Shown here: in pieces, positions 31,043-41,447 of the stretch
How the letters are laid out: every line of letters begins with the position of its first letter
Position numbering within the stretch: the stretch's first letter is position 1
Assembly (NCBI GenBank): GCA_045225715.1
Contig: JBGVBS010000015.1
Span: 1,001-65,000, forward strand
Origin: Oscillospiraceae bacterium
GTDB lineage: Bacteria > Bacillota > Clostridia > Oscillospirales > Oscillospiraceae
Reading direction: 5' to 3'
DNA length: 64,000 nucleotides
Position numbers and translations under genes: made by a program
Notes under the pieces: model-generated
What the model was told of the DNA's origin: nothing
What the model saw: only the letters and a program-made list of their open reading frames with translations
The model's database searches: none

Positions 31043-31978
31043 TTGACTATGGCAAATTGCAAGGAATTTTATTTTCCCTCTTCTGACGGCAAGACCTCCA
31101 TTCATGCCGTCGAGTGGACGCCGGATGTTTCCCCGATCGGCGTGCTTCAAATCGCGCACGGCGTAGCCGAGTATGCGCTGCGCTATGCGCCGTTTGCGGA
31201 ACACCTGTGCGACAAAGGCTTTGTCGTCGTCGCAAACGACCACATCGGACACGGCCTCAGCGTCGCCGAGGACGCCGCGCCGCTGTACTTCGGCGAGAAG
31301 GACGGCTGGACGCACGTCGTGGATGATATGTTTGAACTGCGCAGGCTCACAGGCAAGTCACATCCCGATCTGCCGTATTTCCTGATGGGCCACTCGATGG
31401 GTTCGTTTCTCGCGCGCACCTACCTCATCCGCTATCCCGGCACGGTAAAGGGCGCGATCATCATGGGCACCGGCCAGCAGAACGCGGCGATGGTCGCAGG
31501 CGGAAGGTTGGCGGCAACCGTCGTCGGCAAAAAGCACGGCTTCGACAAGTTCAACGAGACGATAGGCGGTCTTGCCTTCGGCGCGTACAATAAGCCATTT
31601 GAGCCGAAGCGCACCAACTACGACTGGCTCAGCGTCAACGCGGAGAACGTTGACCGCTACATTGCCGACCCGTTTTGCGGCGGCGACGCGACGGTGGGGC
31701 TGTTCCTCGACATGCTGGGCGGCATCGGCTTCATCTGCAAACAGTCGAACGTCGTAAAGATGGACATGGGCACGCCGATCCTGTTCATCTCCGGCGCGAT
31801 GGATCCCGTCGGCGACCTCGGCAAGGGCGTACGGAAGGCGTATGACAGCTTCCGAAAGGCCGGCGTGAAGGACGTGGAGCTGAAGCTCTATCCGGGGCTG
31901 CGCCACGAGATCCTGAACGAGAAGGAAAAAGATCAGGTCTATGCCGACATTCTGGCGTGGATTGAAAAGCACATGTGA
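31043..31978 (+). CDS. Alpha/beta hydrolase (lysophospholipase/monoacylglycerol-lipase-like)
   Basis: GHSMGS nucleophile elbow; 311 aa. Confidence 0.85.
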   Translation: MTMANCKEFYFPSSDGKTSIHAVEWTPDVSPIGVLQIAHGVAEYALRYAPFAEHLCDKGFVVVANDHIGHGLSVAEDAAPLYFGEKDGWTHVVDDMFELRRLTGKSHPDLPYFLMGHSMGSFLARTYLIRYPGTVKGAIIMGTGQQNAAMVAGGRLAATVVGKKHGFDKFNETIGGLAFGAYNKPFEPKRTNYDWLSVNAENVDRYIADPFCGGDATVGLFLDMLGGIGFICKQSNVVKMDMGTPILFISGAMDPVGDLGKGVRKAYDSFRKAGVKDVELKLYPGLRHEILNEKEKDQVYADILAWIEKHM

Positions 31979-31988
31979 GGAGGTCGCC

Positions 31989-32564
31989 ATGTCGGATCGT
32001 TGGGAAGAACTGGAAAAAGAGTGTCAGAACTGCCGTGAATGCTCCCTATGGGAGACGCGGAAAAATGTGGTATTCGGCGTGGGCAGCCGGAATGCTGAGG
32101 TGCTGTTCATCGGCGAAGGCCCCGGCGCGAACGAGGACGAGCAGGGCGAACCCTTTGTCGGCCGCGCGGGCAAGCTGCTGGACGATATGCTCGCCATCAT
32201 CGGTCTAAAGCGGGAAAACGTCTATATCGCAAACATCGTCAAGTGCCGCCCGCCGCAGAACCGCGACCCGCTGGGCGTGGAGCAGGACGCCTGCATCGGC
32301 TGGCTGCGCCGTCAGGCGGCGCTGCTGCGTCCGAAGATCATAGTCTGCCTCGGCCGCATCGCGGCAATGAAAATCATCAAGGAAGACTTCAAGATCACCC
32401 GCGAGCACGGCCAGTGGTTCGAGCGCGCCGGCGTGCAGATGATGGCGGTCTACCACCCCGCGGCGCTGCTGCGCGATCCGCGCAGGCGGCCGGAGGCGTT
32501 TGACGACTTCAAGGCATTGCAGGCGAAAATCAAGGAGATCTGCGACCACACGGAGGTAAGCTGA
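31989..32564 (+). CDS. Uracil-DNA glycosylase, family 4
   Basis: Start set at MSDRWEEL. Contains the C..C..C Fe-S cluster and the [20 protein letters not shown] motif. Confidence 0.9.
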   Translation: MSDRWEELEKECQNCRECSLWETRKNVVFGVGSRNAEVLFIGEGPGANEDEQGEPFVGRAGKLLDDMLAIIGLKRENVYIANIVKCRPPQNRDPLGVEQDACIGWLRRQAALLRPKIIVCLGRIAAMKIIKEDFKITREHGQWFERAGVQMMAVYHPAALLRDPRRRPEAFDDFKALQAKIKEICDHTEVS

Positions 32565-32591
32565 TCGCCTGTTCTTTCCATCAGAATTTGC

Positions 32592-32629
32592 AAAAAGAAT
32601 CGGGAAGCGTCCGCTTCCCGGTTCTTTTT
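32592..32629. terminator. Bidirectional terminator between the UDG gene and cysS
   Basis: CGGGAAGC-GTCC-GCTTCCCG stem flanked by an A-run and a T-run. Confidence 0.8.
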
Positions 32630-32633
32630 GTTT

Positions 32634-34088
32634 TCAGATGCGTTTCCACTTCGCGCCGTTCGGAATGTCGGTCAGTTCGACGCCCCGTGCCTTAAGCTCG
32701 TCGCGGATGCGGTCGGCCTCGGCGAAATTCTTGGCCTTCTTCGCGTCGGCGCGGGCGCAGATCAAGGTTTCGATCTCCTCGTCCGGCTCGCCGTCCTCAG
32801 CGATAACCGTGAACGCGGCGCTCTGCGTCGCAGCAGCCCTGGCATTCTTCTCGCGCAGCGCGTCCGCCTTTTCGAGCAGGTCAAGGCTCAGCACGCTGTC
32901 GACGTCGCCAAGCATGGCGCGCTTCGTTGCGTCGTTGGTCTGTGCCTTCAGAATATCGTAGATCATCGTCACACCGTTGGGGGTATTGATATCGTTGTCC
33001 ATCTGCTTGATGAATTTCGCTCGATACTCCGCCCGAACAGTATCGTCCACCGCGCCGTCGTCCGGCTTGAGATTTGCGATCTTTGCGATCAGTTTCTCGA
33101 ACGCCTTCTGCGCGTTGTCGAGGTTCTCCCACGTAAAGACAAGATTCTTGCGGTAGTGGGACTGCAGGCAGAAGAAGCGGTAGGCTATGGGATCGTAGCC
33201 CTTGTCCTCCAGCAGAGAGACCGTCAGAAACTCGCCCTTGGATTTGGACATCTTGCCGTCGGCGGTGTTGAGGTGCGCGACGTGCACCCAGTAATTCGTC
33301 CACTTGTGACCGAGATAGCTCTCGCTCTGCGCGATCTCGTTGGTATGGTGGGGGAACATATTGTCCACGCCGCCGCAGTGGATGTCGAGGTCCTCACCGA
33401 GGTGCTTCATTGAGATGCCGGAGCACTCAATGTGCCAGCCCGGATAGCCTACGCCCCACGGGGAATCCCATTTGAGCGCCTGATCCTCGAATTTGGACTT
33501 GGTGAACCAAAGCACGAAGTCGTTCTTGTTGCGCTTGTTCGTGTCCTCCTCAACGCCCTCACGGACGCCGACGGCGAGGTCTTCCTCATTGTGGTCGTTG
33601 AAAACGTAGTAGCGCGCAAGCTTTGATGTATCGAAATACACATTGCCGCCGGCAAGGTAAGCGTAGCCGGTGTCGAGCAGCTTCGTGATGATCTTGATGT
33701 ACTCGTCGATGCAGTTGGTGGCCGGCTCCACCACGTCGGGGCGCTTGATATTCAGCTTGCGGCAGTCGTCAAAGAACGCGTCGGTGTAGAACTGCGCGAT
33801 CTCCATAACGCTCTTGTGCTCACGCTTCGCGCCCTTGAGCATCTTGTCCTCGCCGGTGTCGGCGTCGCTGGACAGGTGTCCGACGTCCGTGATGTTCATG
33901 ACGCGCTTGACCGGGTAACCGACGAAACGCAGATACTTCTCCAGCACGTCCTCCATGATATAGCTGCGCAGATTGCCGATGTGCGCAAAGTGGTACACGG
34001 TCGGGCCGCAGGTGTACATTTTGACCTGCTCGGGGTGGTTTGGCACGAATTCTTCCTTCTTATGGCTGGCAGAATTGTAAAGATACAT
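32634..34088 (-). CDS. cysS: Cysteine--tRNA ligase
   Basis: HIGN (HIGH) and KMSKS motifs; 484 aa. Confidence 0.97.
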   Translation of the reverse strand: MYLYNSASHKKEEFVPNHPEQVKMYTCGPTVYHFAHIGNLRSYIMEDVLEKYLRFVGYPVKRVMNITDVGHLSSDADTGEDKMLKGAKREHKSVMEIAQFYTDAFFDDCRKLNIKRPDVVEPATNCIDEYIKIITKLLDTGYAYLAGGNVYFDTSKLARYYVFNDHNEEDLAVGVREGVEEDTNKRNKNDFVLWFTKSKFEDQALKWDSPWGVGYPGWHIECSGISMKHLGEDLDIHCGGVDNMFPHHTNEIAQSESYLGHKWTNYWVHVAHLNTADGKMSKSKGEFLTVSLLEDKGYDPIAYRFFCLQSHYRKNLVFTWENLDNAQKAFEKLIAKIANLKPDDGAVDDTVRAEYRAKFIKQMDNDINTPNGVTMIYDILKAQTNDATKRAMLGDVDSVLSLDLLEKADALREKNARAAATQSAAFTVIAEDGEPDEEIETLICARADAKKAKNFAEADRIRDELKARGVELTDIPNGAKWKRI

Positions 34089-34172
34089 AGCAAAAGCTCC
34101 TTTACGGCTTATTCACAGATACAGGGATACGGGCTCTTCCGGTCGGGCGCTGATATGCCTGGACGGCAGTCC

Positions 34173-34721
34173 TTATTTGGCATTTTTAAAAACGTCTGCG
34201 TTCTTGATGAAATACTCAACGCCGGAGTAGAGCGTCGTGGCGACGATGACCACATTGCTGATCGTTGCGATAAAATCCGGCGCGGAGTCTCCTACGCCCG
34301 GCGCAGGGCTCGCAAGCATCAGGATCAGGCACACCATCGTCGCGGCGGTCTTGACCTTGCCCGACCAGCCGGCGGCGATCACGCGCCCCTGTTCCACGGC
34401 GACGAGGCGCATCCCGGACACGGCAAATTCGCGCAGCAACACGATGGCCAGCGCCCAGCCGGGCATCCGCCCCTGCTCGACAAACCAGCACATCGCCGCC
34501 ATTACGAGCACCTTGTCCGCCAACGGATCCATAAACTTGCCGAAATCAGTGATCTGATTGTAATGCCGCGCGATATAGCCGTCCAGGAAATCCGTCAGGC
34601 TCGCCGCGACAAACACACCCAGCGCCCACCAACGCGCGCCGGTAAAATCGGCGTAGAGCACGCCCAGAAACACCGGGATCAGCGCCATACGCAAAAGCGT
34701 CAGTTTGTTTGCAGTCGTCAT
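34173..34721 (-). CDS. pgsA: CDP-diacylglycerol--glycerol-3-phosphate 3-phosphatidyltransferase
   Basis: CDP-alcohol phosphatidyltransferase motif DFLDGYIAR....T.FGKFMDPLADK. Confidence 0.93.
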   Translation of the reverse strand: MTTANKLTLLRMALIPVFLGVLYADFTGARWWALGVFVAASLTDFLDGYIARHYNQITDFGKFMDPLADKVLVMAAMCWFVEQGRMPGWALAIVLLREFAVSGMRLVAVEQGRVIAAGWSGKVKTAATMVCLILMLASPAPGVGDSAPDFIATISNVVIVATTLYSGVEYFIKNADVFKNAK

Positions 34722-36049
34722 GCTTCCTCCTCCACGGCTTCGCCCGTCAACTCGCCGTCCATCGTTCCGGTGATGCGGACGTTCACAAATTCGCCCGCCT
34801 CCAAATCGCGCTCTGATGAGAAATAAATCTTACCGTCGATGTCAATGGACTCGGCATAGCTGCGCCCGACATAGCCCATCGAGGCGGGATCATAGCCCTC
34901 GCACAGCACCTCGACCGTCTCGCCGAGCTTGGACTCGTTGTAGTCGTCCATGACGCGGCTTTGCAGGTCGACCAGCAGCTCTGCGCGGCGGCGCGCCTCC
35001 TCCCCGTCCACGCGGTTCTCCATCTTTGCCGCCGGTGTGCCGTCCTCCGGCGAATACGGAAACACGCCGGCGCGTTCGATCCGCACCTCGCGCAGGAAAT
35101 CGCACAGCTCCTCGAACTCCGCCTCGCCCTCGAAAGGAAGGCCAGTGATGATGCTGGTGCGCAGAACGAGTCCGGGGATGCGCTCGCGCAGCTTCTGAAA
35201 CAGAGCGAGCAGGTATTCCTTATCACCACGGCGGTTCATGGCACGCAGGATGGCGTCGTTGCAGTGCTGGATGGGGATGTCGAGGTACTTGAGCACCTTC
35301 GGCTCCGTCGCAATGGTGTCGATCAACTCGTCATCAAACTCGTCCGGGTAGAGATAGTGCAGCCGCACCCAGCGGAAGTTAAGTTTACATAACTCGTGTA
35401 TCAGTTCCGGCAGGCGGCGTCTGCCGTAATTGTCCGTGCCATAGCGCGTGATGTCCTGTGCAATAACGATGATCTCTTTCACGCCGGAATCCGCCAGCTT
35501 CTTCGCTTCGGCGAGCACGTTTTCCCATTTCCGGCTGCGATACTTGCCGCGCAGCGACGGAATCACGCAGAACGCGCAATGGTTGTCGCAGCCCTCCGCA
35601 ATGCGCAAGTATGCCGTATACGGCGGCGTCGTGACGACGCGATCCAGCTCCTCAATGGGCGCGTGGATGCTGCCGAAGCGGCGCGGCTTCCCATCAGAGA
35701 GCACCTCGTCGATGGCGGAGACGATCTCGCCGTAGCTGCCCGTACCGAGGATACCGTCCACCTCCGGCATGGACTCGGTGATCTCGTCCTTATAGCGCTG
35801 GGAAAGGCAGCCGGTAACAAGGATCTTTTTGAGCCGCCCGCGCGCCTTCAGCTCGCCCATGGCGAGGATGTTGTCGATCGCCTCTTCCTTCGCGGAGTCA
35901 ATGAAGCCGCAGGTGTTGACGACGACCACATCCGCGCCCTCCGGCGCGGATGCAAGCGTGATGCCCGCGTCGCGGCAAAGCGCCATCATCTGCTCGGTGT
36001 TGACGAGGTTTTTTGCGCAACCGAGGGAAATGAACGCAACCTTACTCAT
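34718..36049 (-). CDS. rimO: Ribosomal protein S12 methylthiotransferase RimO
   Basis: Start set at MSKVAFISLGC (GGAGGGGAG RBS). Radical-SAM CDNHCAFC motif and a TRAM domain. Confidence 0.93.
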   Translation of the reverse strand: MSKVAFISLGCAKNLVNTEQMMALCRDAGITLASAPEGADVVVVNTCGFIDSAKEEAIDNILAMGELKARGRLKKILVTGCLSQRYKDEITESMPEVDGILGTGSYGEIVSAIDEVLSDGKPRRFGSIHAPIEELDRVVTTPPYTAYLRIAEGCDNHCAFCVIPSLRGKYRSRKWENVLAEAKKLADSGVKEIIVIAQDITRYGTDNYGRRRLPELIHELCKLNFRWVRLHYLYPDEFDDELIDTIATEPKVLKYLDIPIQHCNDAILRAMNRRGDKEYLLALFQKLRERIPGLVLRTSIITGLPFEGEAEFEELCDFLREVRIERAGVFPYSPEDGTPAAKMENRVDGEEARRRAELLVDLQSRVMDDYNESKLGETVEVLCEGYDPASMGYVGRSYAESIDIDGKIYFSSERDLEAGEFVNVRITGTMDGELTGEAVEEEA

Positions 36050-36299
36050 GTTTCTCCCCTCCCTGCGCCTTTTCTTCACGCTCTTTCTTCAGAATACCGG
36101 CAAAGGCGCGCAGGCTGCGCCCCAAAATATAGAACACGGCAAACAGCGTGATAAAACCATAGACCACCGTGCGCGTCCGTCCGACCCGAATGGCGTAAAG
36201 CACAGCCGAAAGCGCCCATGCCGCGGCGATCGCCTCAATGATGATCAGCGTCAGAAAGCCGCGCTTGTTGTTCGGCAATTTGATCAGATCTTTCCCCAT
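36042..36299 (-). CDS. Small two-TM membrane protein
   Basis: 85 aa hydrophobic ORF. Its stop overlaps the rimO start by 8 nt. No family recognised. Confidence 0.5.
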   Translation of the reverse strand: MGKDLIKLPNNKRGFLTLIIIEAIAAAWALSAVLYAIRVGRTRTVVYGFITLFAVFYILGRSLRAFAGILKKEREEKAQGGEKHE

Positions 36300-36302
36300 A
36301 TC

Positions 36303-36923
36303 CTAATCCTCCTCGATCTCCGCGCCCAGCGCGGACAGCGCCGCGCGCACGTCGCGCCACGCAAAGCCTCGCCGCAGCAGCAGATCGGACAGCCTTTTGC
36401 GCTCCTTCTCGTCAGGAACGGCGCCTTTCGTCTTCGCGGCAATGACCTGCGCAATGCTCTCCTGCGGATCGGGCGCGGTCTCCAGCGCCTCGTCCCACAG
36501 ATCCCGCGGGACGCCGCGGCGGTACAGCTCGTCGCGCAGCTTCGCCTCTCCGTATCCGTTCGCGCTGTAGTGGCGCACGATCGTCCTCGCATAGGACAGA
36601 TCGTCCAGCGCGCCAATCTCTTCCAGCCAGTCCGCCGCAGCCTCGGCGTCGCCGTCCGCCGCGCCCTTGTCGCGCAGGCGCCTTTGCAGTTCTTTCCTGC
36701 TCAGCGGGCGCGCGGAAATCATGTTGACCGCACGAACGCGCGTTTCGCTTTGCGCGGCGCATTTTTGTAATTCTACCACAGTATCGGGGCCGATGTCCAG
36801 CCCCGTATACAAGTCGAAACGCAGGAGCTCATCCTCCGTGATCCGGAGGAGGTCTCCCCCCTCCAGATGCACCAGTATGCGCCCCTGCTTACGCTTCGAT
36901 TTTTCGATCTTTTCGATCCGCAT
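36303..36923 (-). CDS. recX: Recombination regulator RecX
   Basis: Three-repeat helical RecX-like sequence immediately downstream of recA. Confidence 0.85.
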   Translation of the reverse strand: MRIEKIEKSKRKQGRILVHLEGGDLLRITEDELLRFDLYTGLDIGPDTVVELQKCAAQSETRVRAVNMISARPLSRKELQRRLRDKGAADGDAEAAADWLEEIGALDDLSYARTIVRHYSANGYGEAKLRDELYRRGVPRDLWDEALETAPDPQESIAQVIAAKTKGAVPDEKERKRLSDLLLRRGFAWRDVRAALSALGAEIEED

Positions 36924-38026
36924 CAGCCCTCAAAGTCGTCCGCGCTGACATCTACCGCACGCCCCGCCGCCTTTGCGGCAATACGCTGCTGGCCGGTCAT
37001 CAGCTTGTCGAAGTTGGCGCGGATGTCCGCTTCCAGCTTGTCGGCAACTTCCGGATTGTCCTTGAGGTACTGCTTCGCGGCGTCTCTGCCCTGCCCGATG
37101 CGGGTCTCGCCCATGGAATACCACGAGCCGCTCTTCTGCACAAAGTCCAGCTTGACGCCGAGGTCAAGCAGCTCTCCGAGCAGCGAAATACCCTCGCCGT
37201 ACATGATATCAAACTCCGCCTCGCGGAACGGAGGCGCCATCTTGTTCTTGACCACCTTGGCGCGGGTGCGGTTGCCGATCATCTCGCCGCTGTTCTTGAG
37301 GGTCTCAACGCGCCGCACGTCAATGCGCACGGAGGCATAGAATTTGAGTGCGCGGCCGCCGGTCGTGACCTCCGGGTTGCCGTACATGACGCCGACCTTC
37401 TCACGGAGCTGGTTGATAAAGATAACGATGGTATTGGTCTTGTTGATCGCGCCGGTCAGCTTGCGCAATGCCTGTGACATGAGTCGGGCGTGGAGCCCGA
37501 CGAAGCTGTCTCCCATTTCGCCCTCAATCTCCGCGCGCGGCACCAGCGCCGCCACGGAGTCGACCACGATGACATCGATCGCGCCGGTGCGCACCAGCGT
37601 CTCGCAGATCTCCAGCGCCTGCTCGCCGGTATCCGGCTGGGAGATCAGCATCGACTCCACATCCACGCCGAGCGCGCGGGCATAGGTCACGTCGAGCGCG
37701 TGCTCCGCGTCGATGAACGCGACCTCGCCGCCCTGCTTCTGCGCCTGCGCCAGCACATGAAGCGCCAGCGTCGTCTTGCCGGAGGATTCGGGCCCGTAGA
37801 TCTCTACAATGCGTCCGCGCGGCAGGCCGCCGACGCCCAGCGCCAGATCCAGCGCCAGCGAACCAGTCGAGATCGCCTCGATGCCCGCAACCGCCTTGCC
37901 GTCGCCGTAGCGCATGATGGAGCCTTTGCCGTAGGTGCGCTCGATCTGCTGCATCGCGGTCTCTATCGCGCGCTTCTTCTCATCCACAGCCGCAGCCGCC
38001 GCTTTGGTGGTCGTCTTCTCTGCCAT
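36923..38026 (-). CDS. recA: Recombinase RecA
   Basis: Walker [13 protein letters not shown]; 367 aa. Confidence 0.98.
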   Translation of the reverse strand: MAEKTTTKAAAAAVDEKKRAIETAMQQIERTYGKGSIMRYGDGKAVAGIEAISTGSLALDLALGVGGLPRGRIVEIYGPESSGKTTLALHVLAQAQKQGGEVAFIDAEHALDVTYARALGVDVESMLISQPDTGEQALEICETLVRTGAIDVIVVDSVAALVPRAEIEGEMGDSFVGLHARLMSQALRKLTGAINKTNTIVIFINQLREKVGVMYGNPEVTTGGRALKFYASVRIDVRRVETLKNSGEMIGNRTRAKVVKNKMAPPFREAEFDIMYGEGISLLGELLDLGVKLDFVQKSGSWYSMGETRIGQGRDAAKQYLKDNPEVADKLEADIRANFDKLMTGQQRIAAKAAGRAVDVSADDFEG

Positions 38027-38062
38027 GTCGATTCCTCCGTATATCGCAAATTCTGTTGATTT

Positions 38063-38929
38063 CTATATTGTGTCCCAGCGCGTTCCGCAGACCACGCGAG
38101 GGATGTCGTTGTAGTCGCGGATGATCTGCACATCGCCGAAACCGCTTGAGAGCATCAGCCGCAGCACGGCGTCCGCCTGCCCGATACCGACCTCAAAGAG
38201 CAGTTTGCCGTAGTCCCGCAGCGCGTCGTGCCACTTTTCGCAAATCGCGCGATAGAAGTCCAACCCGTCCGCACCGCCGTCGAGCGCAAGGCGCGGCTCG
38301 TTGTCTCGTACCGATGCGTCCAGCGTCTCAATGTCCGCGGTCGGGATATAGGGCGGATTGCTGACGATGATATCGAACTCGCCCAGCTGGCGCGGCGGTT
38401 TCTCCCTTGCGTCGACGCGCACAGCGCTGACGCTGTCACCCAGCCCGTTGCGCCGGATATTCTGCCGGCATATCTTGAGCGCCTCCTCATCGAGCTCGCC
38501 GAGCAGCACACGCGCTGTCGGCATATGCTTTGCCAAGGCGAGTCCGATGCAGCCGCTGCCGGCGCAAAGGTCAAGTACGCGCGGCTCGGTATAACCCTGT
38601 GCCGCCTTGATCGCCCGCGCCGCCAGGATTTCGGTATCCGGGCGCGGGATCAGCACCGCTTTGGAGATGTCCAGCGGTATGCCGTAAAACTCCCATTCGC
38701 CGATCAGATATGCCACCGGCTCTCCCGCGATGTAGCGCTCCGCAAGACGATTTGCCTCACGTTCGGTCTCCGGCAGGACATAGAGCCGGCTGTCACGCAG
38801 GAATTCCTCATTCGTTTTGCCCGATGCGCTGCAAATCAGCTCCCGCGCCACGCGGCTCGGGTCGAACACGCCCGCCTCGCGAAACCGCTGGCGCATGTCC
38901 AGATAGAGGTTGTTGTACGTCGTTGCCAT
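38063..38929 (-). CDS. prmC: Peptide chain release factor N5-glutamine methyltransferase
   Basis: NPPY motif (IVSNPPYI) and an SAM-binding motif. Start set at the internal ATG (MATTYNNLY). Confidence 0.9.
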   Translation of the reverse strand: MATTYNNLYLDMRQRFREAGVFDPSRVARELICSASGKTNEEFLRDSRLYVLPETEREANRLAERYIAGEPVAYLIGEWEFYGIPLDISKAVLIPRPDTEILAARAIKAAQGYTEPRVLDLCAGSGCIGLALAKHMPTARVLLGELDEEALKICRQNIRRNGLGDSVSAVRVDAREKPPRQLGEFDIIVSNPPYIPTADIETLDASVRDNEPRLALDGGADGLDFYRAICEKWHDALRDYGKLLFEVGIGQADAVLRLMLSSGFGDVQIIRDYNDIPRVVCGTRWDTI

Positions 38930-38930
38930 A

Positions 38931-39893
38931 TCACCAAGCGTCCTTGCCCTTTTCTTCCGGAATGACCAACTCGATCGCTTTGATGGCGACCTCCAGCATA
39001 CTGTCGTCCGGCTCATTGGTCGTGAAGTTTTGCAGCCAAAGACCCGGGCGCGACAGGAATCTCGTCAGCGCCGTGTCATGTCCGCCGACGTAACGGTTGA
39101 ACTCATACGCCACACCGACGATCGGAATGAGCAGCAGCAGATGCATGCCGAAGCGCACCCACAGATTGCGCCATTCAACAAAGCTGAACACAACGCTGGA
39201 AATCAGGATCGATATAACGACCACCACAAACAAAAAGCTCGTGCCGCAGCGGGGGTGGAACCTCTTCTGCACACGGCAGTTCTCCACCGTCAGCGGCAGC
39301 CCCGCCTCATAGCAGAAGATCGTCTTATGCTCCGCACCATGGTACTGGAACACGCGCTGGATATCCTTTTGCTTTGATACCAACAGCATATATGCAAAAA
39401 AAATTGCCAGCTTGATGACGGATTCCGCCAGATTGTGTACCGCCGCGCTCTTGATATATGGGTCGATAAAACCCGCCAAAAATGTCGGCAGCAGGAAAAA
39501 CAGCAGGATCGTCATGCCCAGCGACAGGATGATCGCCAGTGTAGTGACCATCTTCTGCGCCGTCTCATTGCTGAAATGCCGCTCGATCCAAAGATCGATC
39601 TTCGACGGCTGCGCGGCTTCGTCATCGGGAAAGTAGTCTGCCGAAAACATCAGCGCCTTGACGCCCCGCACCATCGAATCGACAAAGGTAACCGCACCGC
39701 GGATAATCGGCAGTCCGAGAATGGGATATTTGTCGCGCGTAAGCGTGATCTCCTCCTCCTTCACGACCAACCCCTCCGGCGAGCGGACAACGATCGCCTG
39801 CTTGCCCGGGCCGCGCATCAGAATGCCCTCGATCAGGGCCTGTCCTCCGATGCTTGTACGGAATTTCGGCGCGCAGCTTTGTTCTTCTGTCAT
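38931..39893 (-). CDS. DUF1385-family membrane protein (YqhQ-like)
   Basis: IGGQALIEGILMRGP motif and several TM helices; usual partner upstream of prmC. Confidence 0.85.
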   Translation of the reverse strand: MTEEQSCAPKFRTSIGGQALIEGILMRGPGKQAIVVRSPEGLVVKEEEITLTRDKYPILGLPIIRGAVTFVDSMVRGVKALMFSADYFPDDEAAQPSKIDLWIERHFSNETAQKMVTTLAIILSLGMTILLFFLLPTFLAGFIDPYIKSAAVHNLAESVIKLAIFFAYMLLVSKQKDIQRVFQYHGAEHKTIFCYEAGLPLTVENCRVQKRFHPRCGTSFLFVVVVISILISSVVFSFVEWRNLWVRFGMHLLLLIPIVGVAYEFNRYVGGHDTALTRFLSRPGLWLQNFTTNEPDDSMLEVAIKAIELVIPEEKGKDAW

Positions 39894-39962
39894 AGTGGAT
39901 GCTCCTTACATGAGATATGATAACATACCCGCCCACAAATTGCAACGGTTGTTCTATGATTT

Positions 39963-41447
39963 TTACTCTTTTTCTCGTTCGGCTGTAACAGACATTGGAA
40001 TCTCGATCGTTACAACCGCGCCGCCTTCCCCGTCTGCGGCGTTGGCAACCTCAAAGACGCCGCCGTGCAGCCGCACAATCTCATCGCAGACGGCAAGGCC
40101 GATACCGCTGCCGCGCGCTTTGGAGGACCCCTTGTAAAACTTCTGCTTCACGAAGGGAAGCTCCTCCGGCGGGATGCCGGGGCCATAGTCCCGCACACGG
40201 ACGACAATTCCGCCGTTCTCCGTACGTACGCCGACGTCGATCCGCTTGCCCGAACCGCCGTGCTTACGCGCATTGTCGAGTACATTGGAAAAAACCTGTT
40301 TCATACGCTCGCCGTCGGCGGCGATGGGTTCGACGTCCTGATCGCCGGGGTCATAATCGACCTCGATGCCCTCTTGCCGGAACAGTTCCCGATAGGTGTA
40401 GATCGTATCCTCCAGCTCCGCCACAAGGTCTACCGTACCAATGCGGAGCGTGAAGCGACCATCCTGTATCTTTGTGAAGTCCAGAAGCTCTTCCACCATC
40501 GTGGTCAGGCGGCGTGATTCCTTTCCGATGATGGCAAGCCCCCGCTTCGTCTGCTCGGCGTTGCTGAACGGATCGATCTCCAGCGTCTCTGCCCATCCGT
40601 TGATGGCGGTAAGGGGCGTTCTCAGCTCATGCGAGACAGACGACACGAATTCCTGCTGGATCTGCTCCGCCTGTGAAATTTTCTGCGACATATCGTTGAT
40701 ATTGTCCACCAGTTCGCCCAGCTCGTCCCGATAATGGTTCTCGATGCGGATACCGTAACTGCCGCCCGATATCCGCCGCGCGGCATCGGAGACGACGGCA
40801 ACCGGCTCGATGACGCTGTTGATGAACAAAACGTTGGAAATAAACACCAGCGCGACCACTGCAAGCGCAAGCCCCGCCGCAATCAAAAAACTGATGAAAA
40901 TCTGATGTTCCACTGCGCGCAGGCTCGTCACGTAGCGCAGCACACCCATGACGCGCGCGTTGAACATCAGCGGGCAGGAAACAGAGAGGATATTCTCTCC
41001 CGTTTGGGGATCGCGTCCCTGGAAAAATCCCATCTCGCCACCGATCGCGTGTTCAATATCAGTTGTGTCCGGTGAGGTGCCCGCTGTCAGTCCGTAGGAC
41101 GAGGTCTGCACTCGTCCGTTCGTGTTGATGAACTGGAGCTCCAGCGCGTCCTTTTCCTCAAACGTTTCCACAGAGTAGGAAGCAAGGCGATAATACTCGC
41201 TGTAACTGCGCACGCCATAGCTGGTAAAGGTATCCGCTGCGACGCGGGCGCGCGCCTCCAGCCCGGAGCGGACGCTGTCGTAGTAATACTGCGCGGAGGC
41301 GACCGTAAAAACGATTACCGCCACCATCACCAGCGCAACGACCGGCAGCGCGGCGCTGACGAGCCAGCGCTGCCGCAAACCGCGAATATGCAGTGTGTTT
41401 CGAATGCTGCCCGGAATCCCTGCCATACCGCTCACTCCACCGTCCAC
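39963..41447 (-). CDS. Sensor histidine kinase
   Basis: Two TM helices, HAMP domain, H-box SHELRTPLTAI, and N/G boxes of HATPase_c. Confidence 0.92.
   Translation of the reverse strand: MDGGVSGMAGIPGSIRNTLHIRGLRQRWLVSAALPVVALVMVAVIVFTVASAQYYYDSVRSGLEARARVAADTFTSYGVRSYSEYYRLASYSVETFEEKDALELQFINTNGRVQTSSYGLTAGTSPDTTDIEHAIGGEMGFFQGRDPQTGENILSVSCPLMFNARVMGVLRYVTSLRAVEHQIFISFLIAAGLALAVVALVFISNVLFINSVIEPVAVVSDAARRISGGSYGIRIENHYRDELGELVDNINDMSQKISQAEQIQQEFVSSVSHELRTPLTAINGWAETLEIDPFSNAEQTKRGLAIIGKESRRLTTMVEELLDFTKIQDGRFTLRIGTVDLVAELEDTIYTYRELFRQEGIEVDYDPGDQDVEPIAADGERMKQVFSNVLDNARKHGGSGKRIDVGVRTENGGIVVRVRDYGPGIPPEELPFVKQKFYKGSSKARGSGIGLAVCDEIVRLHGGVFEVANAADGEGGAVVTIEIPMSVTAEREKE

Noticed and set aside
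34089-34172. Looked for a T-box leader upstream of cysS.
   Set aside because: Only 84 nt separate cysS from the pgsA stop. No specifier hairpin or T-box sequence is present. cysS is most likely co-transcribed with rimO-pgsA.
38027-38200. Looked for a LexA (Cheo-type GAAC-N4-GTTC) box upstream of recA.
   Set aside because: No match was seen in the 36-nt gap or in the adjacent prmC 3' end. The recA promoter must lie inside prmC or further upstream, and this cannot be resolved by eye.
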